Below are positions 56,755-59,586 of a stretch of DNA of 59,586 nucleotides, piece after piece. The notes under the pieces are model-generated. The model had not been told where the DNA came from. It made no database searches and saw nothing but the letters and a program-made list of their open reading frames with translations. This stretch comes from Candidatus Chloroploca sp. Khr17 (GTDB taxonomy: Bacteria; Chloroflexota; Chloroflexia; Chloroflexales; Chloroflexaceae): NCBI RefSeq assembly GCF_004138165.1, contig NZ_RYFF01000020.1, positions 33,982 through 93,567 on the forward strand, written 5' to 3'. Numbering within the stretch: the first letter of the stretch is position 1; each line of letters begins with the position of its first letter. A program made the translations under genes and the position numbers.

Positions 56755-56860
56755 GGCTGTCTGAAAAGGGTGGCAGCATCGTTCGCCACCACGTGGTGTA
56801 CCCTTGGAGGGCCGGCTAAAGCCGGCCCTCCGAAGCAAACCGGCGACTTTTCAGACAGCC
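56755..56860. terminator. Nested multi-hairpin element between the convergent aac(3) gene and the peptide gene (bidirectional terminator or structured repeat).
   Basis: Outer arms 'ggctgtctgaaaag' (56755-56768) and 'cttttcagacagcc' (56847-56860). Inner hairpins 'ggtggc...gccacc' and 'ggagggccggc taaa gccggccctcc' (56806-56831). Confidence 0.5.
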
Positions 56861-56932
56861 TTTTAGGGGCGCAGTACCTAGATCTATGAAAGGGAACTGC
56901 TCGACCCTCTCAGAACCCACCAACTCGGCCAA

Positions 56933-57145
56933 CTATGCGTGCATACACACCGCAATGTTGATCACAGCCGGTTCGTTTTCGAGGGTGCCATCGTCGGCGA
57001 CTCGGTGGCGCTCACACCCCCCGCCCTTGAAGAATTTGTCATGCATCGTTGAGACGATGATGCCATCCTCGTCGGGGCAAGCTTGCTGGTCTAACTCACG
57101 CAGAACCGCTTCGAGGCTATACGTGATCGTTGTCGCTACATGCAT
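56933..57145 (-). CDS. 70-aa candidate RiPP precursor peptide downstream of the radical-SAM gene.
   Basis: A strong SD ('agaggaggatgcgATG') 24 nt after the rSAM stop. Sequence: MHVATTITYSLEAVLRELDQQACPDEDGIIVSTMHDKFFKGGGCERHRVADDGTLENEPAVINIAVCMHA. It has a helical leader-like N-terminus, a GGG stretch, and a Cys-containing C-terminal 27 aa. Confidence 0.5.
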   Translation of the reverse strand: MHVATTITYSLEAVLRELDQQACPDEDGIIVSTMHDKFFKGGGCERHRVADDGTLENEPAVINIAVCMHA

Positions 57146-57169
57146 CGCATCCTCCTCTTGAATGAAAGC

Positions 57170-58324
57170 TCAGATGGCAAGCTCGCACAGATCACACGCG
57201 TCGAGTTGGTGATTGATCTGCTCACGCAGCATAAGTACTGCTTGCGATTCCTGCCAGATCTCGCGGAACGAACGCTCGGTCAGCCGACCGAGCGGATAAC
57301 GCGACAGCCGCTTCATCTTCAAGCAGGGCAGCAGGCGACCATCTTCGCAGATCGAAAAAAATGAGAACCCCGCTCGGCAGAGCTTCGGCCTGGGTGGTGC
57401 GGCGTTCGGTCGCGCCTGCGCACGCAGATACTCCTGCAACTGCGACGCATCAAGCCGTTCAACGAGATTGTCCGTCCCGCCGTCATCCCGGGGAAAGATC
57501 TCGGCATCAAAGTGAACCGGTATCCCCATGGGATCACCGATCTCGTCGCGCACCTTGTGGTACGTCGCATAATTCGCCTTCATCACCGAACAATTGATGC
57601 GTAAATCGAAGCCTGCTGCGCGCAAGAGATGCAGCGCGTGCAGGGTTTTGTAATAAGATCCCGGCGCATTGGTGATTTGATCGTGGATCTCTGGCTCGGA
57701 ACTGTAGAGGCTGAGATGAATCCGGTAGATATTGTTCAGTTCCTGTAGGGCACGCACGACCGTTTCGTCGATCAGGGTGCCATTCGAATTGATCCGCACC
57801 ACAAACTTCTGCGCATCCAAGTAACGCAGCAACTCAAGGATATCCTTGCGAAAGAAGAGTTCCCCCCCAGTCAGCACCAAGCCTAGCGTCCCACTGTCGC
57901 GCAGGTCATCAAGAATACGGCACACCTGTTCTGTGCTGAGCGTATCCTGTTTGGTCTCGAAAAGACCGTAACAATGGCGACAGCGCAGATTGCAGCGCGA
58001 GGTCAGTTCGAAGTGGCCGCTCAGCGGAATATGGTTCTTGAACGCCCAGAGATGCAAGGCACCGATATCAATGGTGTGCGCTTGCTCGTCGCGTGCGTTG
58101 GGGTGCGGCCTTGACGGAGGGAGTTCGGCAGGCTCGTCGAGCATACCAAGGTGTTGCAGGCGGGCATAGAGGGGATGGCGACGATCCGGCTCGTCGGCCT
58201 GGACGCACTCCTTCCAGAATTGGAGGGACGGCCCCTGGAGCATGGCGACTTGCCTGGTCTTGACATTCATCAGGACAGCAAGCGCCTCACCATAGATGCG
58301 GTAGACAACGGCTTTCGCAATCAT
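57170..58324 (-). CDS. Radical SAM / SPASM-type peptide-modifying enzyme with an N-terminal PqqD-like (RRE) segment.
   Basis: Start taken at ATG 58324 ('MIAKAVVYRIYGEALAVLMNVKTRQVAMLQGPSLQFWKEC' is PqqD-like). 'ELTSRCNLRCRHCYG' (CxxxCxxC, 57969-58010). 'LVLTGGELF'. C-terminal Cys cluster 'CRAGFSFFSICEDGRLLPC...CDLCE'. Confidence 0.8.
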   Translation of the reverse strand: MIAKAVVYRIYGEALAVLMNVKTRQVAMLQGPSLQFWKECVQADEPDRRHPLYARLQHLGMLDEPAELPPSRPHPNARDEQAHTIDIGALHLWAFKNHIPLSGHFELTSRCNLRCRHCYGLFETKQDTLSTEQVCRILDDLRDSGTLGLVLTGGELFFRKDILELLRYLDAQKFVVRINSNGTLIDETVVRALQELNNIYRIHLSLYSSEPEIHDQITNAPGSYYKTLHALHLLRAAGFDLRINCSVMKANYATYHKVRDEIGDPMGIPVHFDAEIFPRDDGGTDNLVERLDASQLQEYLRAQARPNAAPPRPKLCRAGFSFFSICEDGRLLPCLKMKRLSRYPLGRLTERSFREIWQESQAVLMLREQINHQLDACDLCELAI

Positions 58325-58630
58325 AAGCCCCCCACACGCACTAAAGAACCTGAGAAGGAACGCTGCGCGTCCATCTTGCTGGCACATGCCGCCAGCGTGC
58401 GGCGGTGTGCTGCCGTAGGTGACAGGATGGTGCGTACACAAACCTGTTGTACCAGGATGCGTAACCAGGATGAGGGCCAGAAAATCTGCTTCAAAATTGA
58501 AGACAGATTTCATGATGATTTTATCCTACTACGCTCCGTAGCTCTTGTCAAGTAGTGCGAACACAGAGCTAGGGCTGTTGCAAAGTCATTTCGATCGTTC
58601 GCAGATTACGCAGATTAGGTTTCTACCTTA

Positions 58631-59100
58631 TTGTCGCAATCTGGCTCACCTTGGCCGATGATGAGCAACCCGACAGATACCATCTACGTCAACCGTGGTG
58701 GGCCATACTTCTTTCCAGGAACCGAAGATGCCATCCAGAACTCCTGGAATATGTGGTGGACGGCGTTTGCTGTGCGCAATGGCTTGAATCCCTTTGAAAC
58801 ACCCCTGCTTTACTACCCCGAGGGCGTAGAGCTCTATCTACAAACAGTCAATTACGCGACAACGGTGCTCGTTTTACCCTTATGCGTGCGGAGCATCCGT
58901 CGCTGCTCAATCAGATCGCCCATCAGCAGCCAATCCTCGCTGGCTATGTCGCCAGGGCGCCTCAGCGTTATGATGCGATGAACTATGTCCCACTGATCAA
59001 TGGTTTGGGGCGTATGAAAGCCTGGCCTGACACTAACATTGTGGCAATGGATCAGGCAAGTTATCAAGCACAACAATGCTTTTATCGCCTACGCCACGTT
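58631..59100 (+). pseudogene. Probable remnant of a large membrane-protein gene (N-terminal piece and C-terminal piece in different frames).
   Basis: Frame 2 (58631-58880) reads '...DAIQNSWNMWWTAFAVRNGLNPFETPLLYYPEGVELYLQT'. The text then degenerates. Frame 1 from ~58882 reads 'RAEHPSLLNQIAHQQPILAGYVARAPQRYDAMNYVPLINGL...'. Both look protein-like, but together they are far too short and are frame-shifted. Confidence 0.3.
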
Positions 59101-59586
59101 GTTATAGCCGAACATCTGGTGATAGCAGACGAACGAGCCCAGGTGATGGAGGAGCACCACAGCCTTGTCGGAGGAGCGCCGCGAAGCATCGCTACCGTCG
59201 AGACGCCCGAGACTCGGTCGCACCGCCGACCACGAATACTGATCACGAATAAACGAATAGGGGCGGTGCGCTCTTCGTTGCTTCGTGGCCCCATTCGTGG
59301 TCGGCGGCGCGTTCATCGCCACGTCCAGGGTCACGCTCGCCCCGGCGGTGAGGTTCGGCACGACCTGCTGTGCCCGGATCACCGAGTGACTGGGACGCGG
59401 TTCGGCGGGTGAGGGGTCCGCCGCCCCCGCCTCGTCGAAGTGCTTGGCGAGCAGCGAGAAGTCGCGCAGGTTGATCACCCCATCGCCGCTGAAGTCGGCC
59501 CGCCCATCGTAGCCCGTACTGCCGCTGCTCCGCCCGAAGGTGCTCGCGAGCACCGAGAAGTCGGGCAACGAGACGCGATTGTCATT
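59089..59586 (-). CDS. 3' part of a CDS that continues beyond the window. It has a dockerin-like Ca-binding repeat. The C-terminal tail runs through the interspersed repeat, so the 3' end is uncertain.
   Basis: The frame is open to the window edge. 'LPDFSVLASTFG' and 'DFSGDGVINLRDFSLLAKHF' are dockerin/EF-hand-like repeats. The residues encoded by 59219-59307 ('PPTTNGATKQRRAHRPYSFIRDQYSWSA') are repeat-derived. Confidence 0.45.
   Translation of the reverse strand, partial: NDNRVSLPDFSVLASTFGRSSGSTGYDGRADFSGDGVINLRDFSLLAKHFDEAGAADPSPAEPRPSHSVIRAQQVVPNLTAGASVTLDVAMNAPPTTNGATKQRRAHRPYSFIRDQYSWSAVRPSLGRLDGSDASRRSSDKAVVLLHHLGSFVCYHQMFGYNNVA
59219..59307. repeat. Fourth copy of the 'caccgccgaccacgaat ... 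attcgtggtcggcgg' inverted-repeat element.
   Basis: 'cgcaccgccgaccacgaatactgatcacgaataaacgaataggggcggtgcg...cttcgtggccccattcgtggtcggcgg', nearly identical in its left half to 31871-31910. Confidence 0.85.

Noticed and set aside
58325-58513. A 63-codon N-terminal extension of the radical-SAM ORF.
   Set aside because: The sequence is not protein-like (His/Pro/Gly/Cys-rich). The PqqD-like domain begins at the internal Met at 58324.

Overview
This is a 59.6-kb window of a high-GC bacterial chromosome. Flanking genes are roughly 60% or more G+C by eye. The protein style (giant PT-linker-rich secreted proteins, long perfect GC hairpins instead of U-tract terminators) looks Chloroflexota-like, but that is inference only. 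Contents from left to right: (i) 1-10432 holds two giant secreted multidomain proteins separated by an unusual hairpin plus a 12-nt tandem array. (ii) 10638-16323 holds the housekeeping genes sucA, sucB and lysA. (iii) 16335-30030 holds an AAA/winged-helix regulator, a secreted-peptidase arsenal (C10-like, C25-like and C13-like peptidases plus a tail-fibre-like protein) and a polytopic membrane protein. Four of the giant secreted proteins in the window end in the same [VI][YF]LP[LM]xxR-COOH tail. (iv) 30325-34742 holds a GHL10-like hydrolase and ppc, flanked by a composite interspersed repeat. (v) 35601-52735 is the stand-out region: a lower-GC, tightly coupled 14-gene minus-strand operon. Its core is E2, JAB and E1 (ubiquitin-like conjugation). 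Around that core are six further non-catalytic E2-variant (UEV/RWD-like) domains fused to membrane anchors, helical-repeat sensor-like proteins, a second JAB peptidase and an SPFH domain. The operon also encodes a HerA/FtsK-type ATPase, two ultra-basic proteins and an acidic partner. No recognisable ubiquitin-like beta-grasp/GG protein is present. (vi) 53203-59586 holds hicAB, an ECF sigma factor with a double-ZAS anti-sigma factor, an AAC(3)-I-like acetyltransferase, a radical-SAM/SPASM maturase with an adjacent 70-aa peptide, gene remnants and a partial dockerin-bearing CDS. I recognised no rRNA, tRNA, CRISPR array, integrase or transposase. All functional calls come from reading motifs in the supplied translations, and no database search was possible.
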